A stretch of DNA of 63,957 nt, the filler included, from Thraustochytrium aureum (taxonomy: Eukaryota), in the NCBI GenBank assembly GCA_012862495.1. It is 5 parts of 4 records of this genome, joined end to end, with 100 filler letters (N's around TTAATTAATTAA, not from the genome) between each part and the next. Parts side by side here need not be neighbours in the genome. Positions count along the whole stretch, not along the records: positions 1 to 27,449 come from BLSG01000081.1; 4 more parts are not named here. The stretch is one strand, 5' to 3'. This document shows positions 10,334-22,435 of this stretch, piece after piece. Position 1 is the first letter of the stretch. The number at the start of each line of letters is the position of its first letter. Position numbers and translations under genes: made by a program. The notes beneath the pieces are model-generated. The model searched no databases and was not told the DNA's origin. It saw nothing but the letters and a program-made list of their open reading frames with translations.

Positions 10334-13300
10334 CTAGAGCTCGAGCGAAACGTGCTGGTCCATGCCGGCAACAGAGCCGCACACGAGAAAGGCGTCAGTC
10401 GGCGGCATGCCAGGGCGCAGCGCGAACGAGGTCGCGTACTTGTTCGGGAGGCCGATTAGGTGCTTGCAACCGAGGATGCGGCCCCGGTGGGCAACCACGA
10501 GCCACCACGCGTACTCGCGCGATTTACCGTATCGCCTGAAAGGGACCTCGCGCCCGCCCCGGCCTGTGACTGCGAACTGCAGATCCACACAGAACCGGGC
10601 TTGGTCAACGACAGCGGAAAACTCTACCACACTCAGCTGCTTGGCGCTCCGAGCAACGGACTCCACGTCGCGCGCAGCGGGCACGCCAGCGGCTTGCATG
10701 ACACGGTGTAGGGAACCGTCGTGTGCTGCCCTAACGATCGGGATGAGAGAGCTGTCTGCGAGCTCAGCGCCTTGACTGAACGGCGCGTCTGGGCGACCCC
10801 GCGGCGTGACCTTGGCCGCGACCTTGGGGTGAACCTGGCGAAGCTGCGCGAGAGGCGGATCGTCCCAAAACCGCCTTGCACGATGCACTGCGAAGTCCGC
10901 ATCGCCGCCAGTGCGATCGGCAACATGTTGTCCACGTCCACGGCGACAGCATGGTCAACCAGGGCGTTGACAACCCTGAGGGCTTGGTCGAGGACGCTCT
11001 TGGTGTCGTTGACGTAGTCCTTGATTGGAGCGGGAACGCGCTTGCAATGTGCCTGGAGAAGGAGAAACACCTTGGCGTGAGGCGAGTCTGTGGCCCAGGT
11101 TGGGGCGATAAACGGACTCCAGGGGAGCGCCTCGCTGAGCTCCACATTGAGCTCGTCCTCGCTATGCCGCACCGGGACCTCGCTGTACTCGTGCGCACCG
11201 CTGACGAGCTCGAACGCGTCGCGCATGGCCCGCTCAGTCGGCGCACGCGACGCCTTGCGGGGGCCCGCATNNNNNNNNNNNNNNNNNNNNNNNNNNNNNN
11301 NNNNNNNNNNNNNNNNNNNNNNNNNNNNNNNNNNNNNNNNNNNNNNNNNNNNNNNNNNNNNNNNNNNNNNNNNNNNNNNNNNNNNNNNNNNNNNNNNNNN
11401 NNNNNNNNNNNNNNNNNNNNNNNNNNNNNNNNNNNNNNNNNNNNNNNNNNNNNNNNNNNNNNNNGGCTCGACCCTGAGGTTCTTGAGGTTTTTGTCGAGC
11501 ACGTCTTTGCTGGATTTCTCCGTGACAGACTTGTCGTTCTTCCAGCTGCCACCCGACCCGTCCGCACCGCCAGCTGCCGCGGCAGAAAGCGCCCCAAATG
11601 CGCCCCCGGCTCGCACAGTGACACAGCCGGCGTCCTCAAGGTCGCGCAACACTTGCCGGACCAGCTTGATCAAGAAAAGTGCCACCGCGTCCGGCTCGCT
11701 GCTCTCGAGCCCGTAGTAACTCGGATTCATGGGAAGGCGCCGGAAAAAGTAGGTCCAGCTCAGATAGTCCAGCGCCTCGCGCTCGCCGGAGATGGACCCC
11801 GCCGCGATCTCGGCGTTGAGGTGGTTGTGGAGGAACTCTGCCAAGTGCGACTCCACCGGGAAGGGCTCGTACAGAAACTTTTTGTAAAAGTCCTTGAGGC
11901 TCTCCTCCACGAAGATCATCGCAACCCCGGTCTGGTCGAATTGCGGCCGCCCGGCGCGGCCCATCATCTGCAGCACGTCGGTGACCGGAAAGGGCTGGTA
12001 CCGCTTCGACTTGGCGTCGTAGTACTCTGTGCCCTTCACGACGACAAGGTGGGCGGGAAAGTTGACCCCCCAGGCCAGGGTGGACGTGCACACCAGGACC
12101 TGGATGTGACCCGACACGAACATGTGCTCCACGAGGTCGCGATCCCCCGCGTCGAGCCCGGCGTGGTGGATCCCAATCCCGAAAGCGAGCGTGTGCTTGA
12201 GCGTCTCGTCCTTCACGCTGCTCAACAGCACAGGCTCGAGGTCTGCAAACGGGATCTTTAGGAAGCGCCTGGGGTCGTCACTGGCGCCGCAGAGCGAGAT
12301 GAGGTCCAGAGCAGTGAGCCGCGTCTGGCGCCGCGAAGCCACAAAGACCAGCACCGGCTTGTCGGGCGAGTGCGTTACGATGGCCTGATACGTGGGCTTG
12401 TTCATTGTGGCCATTCGAGGGCAGTAGTGCTTGCCCGGAAACCCGTGGATGTGGGCTTCGAGGGGGACCGGCCGCACCGCGGGGCGAAAGTTGTAGAGGC
12501 CGACGTCATTCTTAATGCCGAGCCAGTTGCCCAGGTCGTGAGCGTTTGCGAGGGCGGTGGAGAGGCCGACGATCCGGACCGGGTTGCCAGAGGTTTCCGC
12601 AATGTAGCGCATGCGGGTAACCAAGACCTCGAGCACAGCGCCGCGCTCCTCGCCCAGGAGGTGAATCTCGTCGATGATCACGAGGCGCACCTGCTTGACG
12701 TAGTCGCGCTGTTGCCACATGCGCGAGGCGCCGTCCCACTTTTCTGGCGTGGTGATCAGCACGTCGGCGCGCGCGAGAACGCTAGGATCGGGGCTCACAT
12801 CCCCGGTGAACTCTACGACGCGCTTGCCAAGTTTGGCGCCGATCGTCTTGGTCCACTCCTTGACGCGCTCCGAGACGAGCGCCTTGAGCGGCGCAATATA
12901 GACCGTCTTTGCCTGCGGGTACTGCCGAAACACGCGCAAGAGCGCGATCTCGCTCGTGATTGTCTTGCCGCTGCCCGTGGGAGCGCCCATCAGCACGTTG
13001 TTGTCGGTGTGGTACAACACGTGGAACGCTTGCGTCTGGATCGGGTTGAAGTGCGAAAACTTTTGCTCGTACAGGCGCTCGAAGGCGGCGTCGCGGAGCG
13101 CCGATCGAGGCAGCGGCGTCAGCTCGAGCAAGTCCGTGTGCTGCTTCACCTTTTGCGGCAAAACCAGCTTGTCGAGCGTCAGGGGCACCACGGCCTCCGC
13201 TCCAAACCACGAGTCGCTGAAAACGCGAAGGTAGTATTGCGGGGGCAAAGGCTCGAAAATCGGGATCGTGAACTCGCGCCGGGTGCAGCTCGAAGCCTCA

Positions 13301-16300
13301 AGCGCGGCCGAAGCCAGCGCAGGATGCATGTTGCGCGGCTGGGCGGCCTCGTCCCCGGCCGCGTCGGCGTCAGCGCTGTCGGCCTCGCGGCGGGCCTGCT
13401 TCCAGTCCGCCTTGCGAAGCGTAAACCTTTCCGAGTGATAGATCCACTCCGAGTTCTGGTCGTCGACCCAGAGCCAGAAACTCTGCGCCCCGCCGTGCCA
13501 GCGGTCGTCCCACTCAAAGTCTGGGTACACGTCGATGGTGACGCGCAGGATGCTGCGCGTGAGAGGCTGCAGGTGCGCTTCAATGNNNNNNNNNNNNNNN
13601 NNNNNNNNNNNNNNNNNNNNNNNNNNNNNNNNNNNNNNNNNNNNNNNNNNNNNNNNNNNNNNNNNNNNNNNNNNNNNNNNNNNNNNNNNNNNNNNNNNNN
13701 NNNNNNNNNNNNNNNNNNNNNNNNNNNNNNNNNNNNNNNNNNNNNNNNNNNNNNNNNNNNNNNNNNNNNNNNNNNNNNNNNNNNNNNNNNNNNNNNNNNN
13801 NNNNNNNNNNNNNNNNNNNNNNNNNNNNNNNNNNNNNNNNNNNNNNATCTCCACGATGTTCTCGAGATGGCAGCGCTCACCCCGGTCTTCCAGACGCTGC
13901 ACGACGTCGGCCTGCAGCAGCTGCGGGCTGAACTGTCGCAGAGGGTGCGCGTAGGGCGGCCACCAGCATCGCTTGTCGAGCGCGGTGCAGATCATGAGCA
14001 TCTTCTCCGCAAAGCCCGACCAACGTTTCTTGAGCGCTATCTCGAACACGGCGCGCGCGATGCGGCTCATGTTCTGCGCAATGTAGTTCATATCGCTGCC
14101 GAGCGTAAAGCTTGCAATGTAGACCCGCGTGATGTAGCACTGCAAGAGCACAGCGGCCTTGCCGCGAGGCGAGTCCAAGGCGGACAGAATGGGCACGGCG
14201 CAGCCCGAGCGGCGCAGCTTGCCAAGCTCGACGAGCTCTTCCTCGCGCAGCTTTATCTGGTCAAACTCGGACGCGTGGCACAGCAGGTCGAAGATCTGAG
14301 CGTCGCTCATGTCTGCGCGCATCTTGGTGTTGAACTCCTCGATCGTCCCGTGGCCGATGTAATAGTGCGAGGCGACGCGGCCCAGGTCGGTGACGCCGAA
14401 CGGGGCCTGCATGTCCGGCAGACGATGCGTCATGAGACTCTGGCCGCGCGCCCCCCCTGTGAGGGCAAAACGGGACATTTTGGCCCGATCCAGAAGGCGC
14501 GCGGCGCTCACAATGAGCTCGGCGCGGCGCCGGAGCAAGGTGGGGTCCTCTTCCTTCTCCTTGTGCGAGATGCCGTACCGCATCGGGTTCATCATCATCC
14601 GAATATGCAAAAACGTGTACGAAAGCCACTCTGCTGCCTCCGCGAGGTTGGTCACTGTGCCGGACACCACCTCGGCGTTCAGCGCGTCTGGAAGGTGCTT
14701 GTCCAAGCTGGACTCGAGGGGCTGCGCGTTGTTGAGCATGCTCAGGTACCGGTTGAGTTGGTCGTGCTCGGTGAGCAAGATGGCCTCCCCGCTCGTGTCA
14801 AACTGGGGCCGCCCAGCGCGACCGAAAGCCTGGAAAACGTCCGACGCGTTCAGCTCCACAAGGCCGCCCTTCTCGGCCACGTAGATCTGCGTACCCTTGA
14901 CAATCACCGTGTGCACGGGCAGGTTGACGCCCCAAGCCAGCGTGGCCGTGCAGCACAACACAGAAATGGCGCCCCGCGCAAACATCTTTTCCGTCAGAGA
15001 GCGGTCGGCGCGGAGCATGCCGGCGTGGTGCACCCCAATGCCGCTCTCGAAGAGTTCGCGCAAGTCGGCGTTCTTCGACTTGGCCACATCCTTCTCGAAG
15101 AGCTTGCGCGCTTTGGGGTCGACGCAAAGGTCGGGGTCCGAAAAGATCCCGGCTTGCGCCGTGCGTTGCGCGGCCTCGAGCATGGAGCGCGCCGTCTTGG
15201 ACGTGTCTTTGCGCGAATGAACGAAAACCATGGCTTGGTGCCGCCGGCGCACGCTGTCTGCAGCCTTCTCAAAGGCGATGTCGTTCAGCATGGCCAGCTT
15301 CTTCTGCACGTTCTTTTCGATGACCCCAATAAAGGTCTGGTCGAGCGGAACGGGGCGGTACGAGTTGTCGAAAAAGAAGAGCCCCCCCGTCGAGTCGACG
15401 CGGAGAAAGCGGGCCACGTCTCTGTAGTTTGGCAGCGTTGCGCTGAGGCCGACGATTCGAACCATCTTTTGCTTTTGCTCCACGAGCCGAAGCGTGCGAG
15501 CGATCAGCGACTCGATCACGGGTCCGCGGTCCTCGCCGACGAGGTGCACCTCGTCGATGATGAGTAAGCCCACGGCTTCCACGAGCGTGCCGTCGCCAGA
15601 CTTGCGAGTGATGACGTCCCACTTTTCCGGCGTCGTCACGATGAGCTGGGTTTCGTCGATCTGGCGGCGCGTTAGCTGCATGTCCCCGGTCAGCTCGCGC
15701 ACCTTGAGCCCCAGGGGCTTGAGGCGCTCGCCGAAGGTCTCCACGACCTCCTGCGCCAGCGCCTTGAGGGGCGCCACGTAGATGATTTTGACGGCTTGGA
15801 TGTCGTCCGCGTTGCGCTCCACCTCGCGCACCACGGCGGTCATCGCAACGTTGGTCTTGCCGGCCCCGGTGGGGGCACAGATCAGCAAGTTGTTGTTCGT
15901 CATGTACGCCGCGTCAAAGACCGCGGACTGGACGCGGTTGAGCGTCTTGATTCCGCGAAAAGCAATTTGTGCCAGGCTCCCGAAACGCGCTGATCGGGAC
16001 GCGGTAGTCTGCATCAGCAGAGGGCCGCTTGGGCGCCGGCACATGGACTTGCACGTACCGCCCCTTGCTCTCCTCGCCGTCGCCCTCGGCGCCGGGCCCT
16101 GTTATGCGCTTGTGAACGACTTGCTCCTCGCGCGTGCCGGCAGGGCGCGCCCCAGGCCGCATGTTGGGCAGCGCGACGCCTTGGCCGGCTCCAAGCGCCA
16201 CCACTGGGGCAAGCGAAGGGAGCTGGCCGCCTTGGCCCCTCGTCGATGGCGCAAAGTTGGGCGCGACATCGCGCTGCCGCTTGAAGTGGCTCCCGTCTTC

Positions 16301-17235
16301 CTCCGCTCCGTTTCTGCGACTCGAGCGCCCTGGCCGCCCGGCGCGCTCCGGTTGCGAAGAGGCAGGGTTTGCGAGCTCCTTGCGCTTGTCGAGAAGCTGA
16401 GCCATGAGCTCAAAGGTGCCTTCTGAGAAGCCAAGCAGGTCGAGGAGCTGCCCTTGCAGCTCGTCGTCCGAGGCGTCGCTCGCAAGAAGCGCGACAACGG
16501 ACCCTGCCAAGTCGCTCCCCGACATGAGTGCCACGTCTTGCTTCAGGGCGTGCAGCGTACACTGCTCCACGAGCCACTCCCAGGGCGTTAACCAAACTCC
16601 GCACCGATGGCGCTAGCGCCTGTGCCGGCCCCGGCGCCGTCACCGTCGTGCATGTCCACCTCTCCATCGTCTGCAAAGTTCGAAGGCTCCTCTTCAAGCT
16701 CTGGCTCCACCGCGTAAGGTTTGTCGAGGAGGCGGAGGCGGCCCATTGCGAGCTCGGATTTTGGTTCGCTCGGCTGTGCGGCCTTCCATGCCGCGAGTTC
16801 GAGGGCAAGTTCGCGCGCCGCCTTGACCTGGGACTGCTTTACGCGCGTGCCCACGATCTCTTCAACGCCGGCGCGCTTGAGGCCTTCCTTCGAGGCGAAC
16901 CCACGCATCAAGAGCCAAGCCACATGCGCAAGCCTGTCTCCGACGGCCTGCTCCTCGTCGCCAGCGAGCTGGCCGCACATCTCGAGGAAAGCCGAAAACT
17001 TGCCTCTGAGCCCCGGGGAGGGCTTTCCACGGCTCCCAACGAAGGCGCTCCACTCCAGCAGTTCATCGCCCCCGCCGCCCTGGGCTGCGCCTTTTAGCGC
17101 CGCGACAGCCGCCGCAAGCTTGCGCCGCCGTTTCAGGATAGCCTCGCTCTGCGTTTCAACATGTCCGTGCAGCGCCCTGACCAGCGAGCTCAGTCTCGGC
17201 GCTCTCGCGTCGTCCTTGCTCGCCTGGAGCATCAT
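10334..17235 (-). CDS. ASCC3: ASCC3/Slh1-type Ski2-like double-cassette helicase, broken by three apparent 1-nt indels (~16590, ~15984, ~10868) and two gaps
   Basis: Two helicase cassettes (APTGAGKT/DEVH/SAT/GRAGRPQFD and APTGSGKT/DEIH/GRAGRPQFD), Sec63 domains, FPGKHYCPRMATMNKP, and an N-terminal LQGQLLDLLGF region. Confidence 0.93.
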
Positions 17236-17896
17236 CGTGCCGCCTCGTGCGAGACGGCCTGCGCGACGCCCCTCCTGACGGCGCTGCTACTTGTGGCGCT
17301 GCTGCTTGTGGNNNNNNNNNNNNNNNNNNNNNNNNNNNNNNNNNNNNNNNNNNNNNNNNNNNNNNNNNNNNNNNNNNNNNNNNNNNNNNNNNNNNNNNNN
17401 NNNNNNNNNNNNNNNNNNNNNNNNNNNNNNNNNNNNNNNNNNNNNNNNNNNNNNNNNNNNNNNNNNNNNNNNNNNNNNNNNNNNNNNNNNNNNNNNNNNN
17501 NNNNNNNNNNNNNNNNNNNNNNNNNNNNNNNNNNNNNNNNNNNNNNNNNNNNNNNNNNNNNNNNNNNNNNNNNNNNNNNNNNNNNNNNNNNNNNNNNNNN
17601 NNNNNNNNNNNNNNNNNNNNNNNNNNNNNNNNNNNNNNNNNNNNNNNNNNNNNNNNNNNNNNNNNNNNNNNNNNNNNNNNNNNNNNNNNNNNNNNNNNNN
17701 NNNNNNNNNNNNNNNNNNNNNNNNNNNNNNNNNNNNNNNNNNNNNNNNNNNNNNNNNNNNNNNNNNNNNNNNNNNNNNNNNNNNNNNNNNNNNNNNNNNN
17801 NNNNNNNNNNNNNNNNNNNNNNNNNNNNNNNNNNNNNNNNNNNNNNNNNNNNNNNNNNNNNNNNNNNNNNNNNNNNNNNNNNNNNNNNNNNNNNNN

Positions 17897-19349
17897 TGAC
17901 CTTTGCATGAATGCGGCCAAAGATAACGCTGCCGACTGCGAGAACGACGAGCCCGCCAATCGAGGCGCCAATACCCAAGCCAACAATCGCTCCACCCGAC
18001 AGGCCTTCTTCAGCGCCGGCGGAGGCCGAGGGTGGATTGCGGTCGAGCGGAGGTAGCGGCTTGCGCGCCGGAGCGTCGGTCGGGGTTGGGGTCGGGACAT
18101 TTTCTGTGGGATGCGATGTCGGAGCCAGCGACTTGCTCCGCTCGATGGGCGAAGTCGTAGGCTTGCCGGTAGTTGGAGAAAGCGTCGGCGAGGGTGTTGG
18201 GGCGAGGGTGTCAACGACCCAAACATGAGCCAAGCCGGCCTCTTCACCGCCACTTGTAGGGCCAGCCGGGTTGCCGAGGAGAAGGCGGCCGTTCCTGTAT
18301 GCCAGCGAGCCCTGCACAAACTCAACGTCGACGCCCTCCTCCTGAGCAGTCCACGCGCCATCCACTTTTTCCAAAACGAAAGCCTTGGTCAGTAGGTCGC
18401 CCGAATTCCTTGTGGTCTCTGTAATGCACGCACCAATGATACCGCTGACAGAAATACGCGTGACCTCTATCTCGGGACCCGCGGGGTACATTGGGGTGTT
18501 GAAAGCCTCGCCAAGCGACCAGACGGTCAGGCCAGCGTTGGGGCGATAGACTTGAACCTGGCCATCAGACCGTCCAACAAGAAAAGACCCGTCCGTATCG
18601 AGCTCCAATGCAGTAATTGAAGGCGACGCTATGGCCTGAACCTGGACCCAATACTGTGGCTGGGCGGCAGCCTTGAACACGAAGACCCGGTCGGTCGAGG
18701 ACGCAATAAGAATATCGTTGCCCAGTGCGATGTGCCTGCCGAACTCCACTGCGCCAGAAGGTTGAAGAAGCACGCGATTGACAAACGAAGACCCGGACAG
18801 CTCGTAGGTCCAGACGCCGCCGACGATGGTGCCCCCAGCAGTCGCGAGTGGCCCACCGGCTGCAATGCGGGTTCCAAGTGGGCTAATAGCGAGAGAGCTT
18901 CCAAGTTGCACTTCAGAAGTAGCCGTGTAAGAAAAGACGTTGAGCGTTTGTTGTTTGCTCCAGCTCGGGCCCTTGTAGACGTGAAGCGCCCCGTACTTGT
19001 TGCTGCCCGATAGCGAGAGCGGGGCGCTGACCACAGCCACGGTCCCAGCAGCGCTTATGTCCACCTTTCGCCCAAAGTCCTGGTCAACTGTGTCATGTTG
19101 CAGGTCCGCGCTTTGCGCAAACGAGCTTCCAGCGGCAGTCATGAAGAAGACACGACCCGGGCCAGACAGCTCGACTTTGCGCTCCGCGGCGGTCACGACA
19201 AGCACATCGGCGTTCGCTGAGAGCGCGAGGTCATAGCCAAAGTTCATTCTGGCAGCGGTGTTGGCGGGAATGAGCAGGCTCGGTGTCTGCAAGTCGAGGC
19301 CGTAGGCCAACACGACGGCCGCAGCAAATACTGCCAGCGCTCGCTGCAT
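17897..19349 (-). CDS. Type I membrane protein with FG-GAP-like beta-propeller repeats, a Pro/Thr-rich stalk and a TM helix; cytoplasmic tail lost in the gap
   Basis: Signal peptide MQRALAVFAAAVVLAYG; repeats NFGYDLALS, DFGRKVDIS...VVSAP, QLGSSLAIS...AGGP, EFGRHIAL, LLLGNP; stalk TLAPTPSPTLSPTT; TM GAIVGLGIGASIGGLVVLAVGSVIF. Confidence 0.8.
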
Positions 19350-20635
19350 GTTGGACGCAGACCGCATGATTAATTCAGCTCGCTCCCACACGCTTTGTCT
19401 TTCGCGGCCCTTGCCAAGCGCACCGCGTGTCCCTCGGCGCCACGGCGTTCCCTGTCCTTCGGGGTCTACCGCCTCGATGCCATGTGGAGGTATGCTCTGG
19501 AGCTTGCTAGAGAGAAGCTGCATCAGGGTGAAATTGACCCGACTGGCCTCTTGCCAGTACTTCCCGCCCTTTCTCTCTCAGAGGCTCGTCAAGTGTGTTT
19601 TCAATGTCGCTCACATCGCAGCTCTGCATCCCACGCGATTGTCGTAGGGAAGTACGAAAGCGCTGCTGAGCGACGGATCTGAGTTCTAGGCGAGAGACTT
19701 GTCTTCTCTCAGAGAGAAGACAAGAGAGAAGACAAGACTCTCATCTCAGCCTGCCAGTGAGGCTGGTGGTTGGTTGTTTGAGCACAGTTCGAGTGGAGTC
19801 TTTGCACCTGCCTCAAAGCGATGCGAGCCTGCTGTCCTATCGCGCAGTCCGCTTTCTTTCTCGCAGATCTCGACAGGTCTCTCAGGGGTTGTCTGTCACT
19901 TCAGGACAACGACCCGTTTTTCATCGACAAAGACCAGTGCCAAAATCCAAGTGATCGCCCAACTCCGGCTCGTTCTTCCCCTTGCGCCAGGGTCTCGAGG
20001 AGTGAGGAGGCCTCATCGCACCAGGCGCCCAAGCAACTTGAAGGCAGGCCAAGCCTCCTCGCACCAGAAGCCCCACTGGCAGGCAATGAGGCCAAGCCTC
20101 CTCGAGCCAAGCCTCCTTGATTGGTCAAACAAAAAGCAGAGTATCACTCGCTCGACGCTCGAAGCAAGGCGGATCCTCCTTGCTGCTCGAAGGATTAGGC
20201 CACTAGCTCTGGAGTGTACCCCGTTGGACCCCAGCGAAACAAGACGAGCGCACACCTGCGTGGCTTGTGCACATCTATTGACTGCCTGGCGAGCATTGAC
20301 ATCCAATGCACGAGCGGGCACCCGCATTCTCGACGGGCACGCGTCCCGAAGTGCCTTTTCCCTCGCTCGCCGACTCGGGGACATCACGCACCTGGCACGC
20401 GACCTTGTCGAGCATCGATCGAGTGAGCGGGATTGCTGCGTGATCGACGTTGCGGCTTGACCCATCACGGTCGGCAGTCCCTCAAGGCAAGCAAGCTCTG
20501 CGCGAAGGTGCGAACGAACGCGAGGTCCGCAAGCGCACTTGCGGTGCCGAGCGCGAAGGACACGTACGGTTGGTCGGTTGAGCGCAGCGCCCGGGCGAGG
20601 CAGCCGACTGACCTCGCAGGTTGATCGGGAGCGCA

Positions 20636-21901
20636 ATGGAGCGACCGTACAGCCGCACGGTCGAGGTTATGGAGGTGATGCCTCCCCCGCCGCCGCCTCT
20701 TGATGACGAGGAGACCGCCTTCGATTTCGATTTCGACCAAGTCCCTCCGCCGCCCAAGCTGCCGCCCCCGCCTGCCCCACCTAGAGAGCGCAAGCAAGCT
20801 GGCAACGTCGCTGGGAAGAACACGCTGAAAAGCAAGCTCGAGAACATCTACCGCGACAAGGCTGAGGCGGGAGCCCCCGACCCGCGCGACATCCCAGACG
20901 GGTTCGTCGAGCCTCGGCGACTTGGGCAACCCGAGAGCCAAGGCGCCGACCACGAGGCGGCGAGCGAAAGCGTGAAGCTCATGGCCAGCGTCATAGGCCA
21001 GCTCCGCATCCAGCTGAGCGAGCCTGGCGGCGGCAAGAACCGCCGTTCGCGCCACAGTTTCAAGCGCTCTAGCGCCAGACGGTCTATTGAGCAGAAGGCG
21101 GACGCAAAGCCCCTCGGCTCGGGCACCTGCACTGCCTGCTCGCGCGAGATCGGGCCGGACGACAGCTTTTTCTCTGACGGGAACGGCGAGGACTACCACC
21201 GGGAATGTGTCCGCTGTTCGCATTGCGGCACCGCGGAGGGCGACTCGTTCCTGTCCGTGGACGGCCGGGTGCTTTGCCAATCGTCATTCACCAAGCTATA
21301 CAGCGGCCGGGCGTGCGGGACTTGCAACGAGCTCGCTGACCCGCAGGACATTTTGGTCCAGACCCGTGGCCGTGTTTTCCATGTCGATTGCTTCAAGTGC
21401 GCCGATTGCGGGGAAGAACTCGCGCGGGTGGGCGCGGACCACAAGACGCTGGAAACGAGCCCTTTCAAGGCAGCCCCCGACGGCTCCCTCAAGTGCGCCT
21501 TGCACGCCTCCTCGCGGCGGTGCTTTGGGTGCGGCGATCCGGTCAAGCTGGGCGAGGCTAGCATCGGCGCAGCGCTCAAGGCGGGTGCGGCGCCGGAGGT
21601 TTTCCACTCGCGCTGCTTCAGCTGCAGCGTCTGCGAGAGGTCGATCTCGGAGAGTGGGGGCGGCTATGTCGTGTCGGACCACGGAGTCATCTATTGCAAG
21701 GAGCACTTTGCGGAGGCGCTTGACCTGAACTGCACCGCTTGCCAGAGCCCGATCCCCGCGGCGAGCAAGTACGTCCAGGCCTTTGGCGAGGAGAAGTTCC
21801 ACACAGAGTGCTTCAAGTGCGTTCAATGTGGTTCGACCGCTCGAGACGAGCTCAACCTCTCCAGGAGAGGTGAGCTGGAGTGCTTGTCCTGCCGCCGCTG
21901 A
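20636..21901 (+). CDS. Paxillin/zyxin-like protein: Pro-rich N-terminus plus four C-terminal LIM domains
   Basis: Four CxxC...HxxCxxCxxC...C units (CTAC..YHRECVRCSHC; CGTC..FHVDCFKCADC; CFGC..FHSRCFSCSVC; CTAC..FHTECFKCVQC); poly-Pro tracts. Confidence 0.9.
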   Translation: MERPYSRTVEVMEVMPPPPPPLDDEETAFDFDFDQVPPPPKLPPPPAPPRERKQAGNVAGKNTLKSKLENIYRDKAEAGAPDPRDIPDGFVEPRRLGQPESQGADHEAASESVKLMASVIGQLRIQLSEPGGGKNRRSRHSFKRSSARRSIEQKADAKPLGSGTCTACSREIGPDDSFFSDGNGEDYHRECVRCSHCGTAEGDSFLSVDGRVLCQSSFTKLYSGRACGTCNELADPQDILVQTRGRVFHVDCFKCADCGEELARVGADHKTLETSPFKAAPDGSLKCALHASSRRCFGCGDPVKLGEASIGAALKAGAAPEVFHSRCFSCSVCERSISESGGGYVVSDHGVIYCKEHFAEALDLNCTACQSPIPAASKYVQAFGEEKFHTECFKCVQCGSTARDELNLSRRGELECLSCRR

Positions 21902-22435
21902 GGAACCGAAAACCTGAAGAATAGACTACGAGAGCAGTGGCATCATCGCGCGCTCAGCCCGCGAGCAGAGTTGAGGCGAAGTACTGGAGTAGCAAAATAG
22001 CTCTAGCTAGAGGTGCGAATGAAAATAGGCAAGCGATCCGGCCTTCTCCACGCGCAGGCAGTCAGTCCCGTTTCGTTGGGCCAAGGACCCTGCCTCCCTC
22101 CTTCCCTCCCTTGGCAGCCAGCCGCGTCGGGGCGCGGTTGCAGTGCGAACCCTGTGTGAACGAATCATGTCGCTGAACCAGCTCGAGGTGAGCTTTTTTT
22201 CCTCTTCTGATTTTGTGCATTGCAAACTCCAAACAAATGCAACGCCGAACAGATCAGTTGACTGATGAAACCAACGACTTGGATTGGCCGCAGAGCAAGT
22301 TCGACGGCAAGACGACCGCCCTTCAGCAGGTACTGCGGTACATAGCCACGAGCGCACGAGCAGTCTCCAATCCCCACGCACCACGAAGCGCAGAGAGCAA
22401 GGCGCGTTTGAGTCGGACGGCGAGGCGCCTCGAGC

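Noticed and set aside
12370..15567. 1065-aa plus-strand ORF and similar long antisense ORFs (35546-37609, the 59467 N-terminal extension)
   Set aside because: Shadow frames of GC-rich genes on the opposite strand; no motifs of their own.
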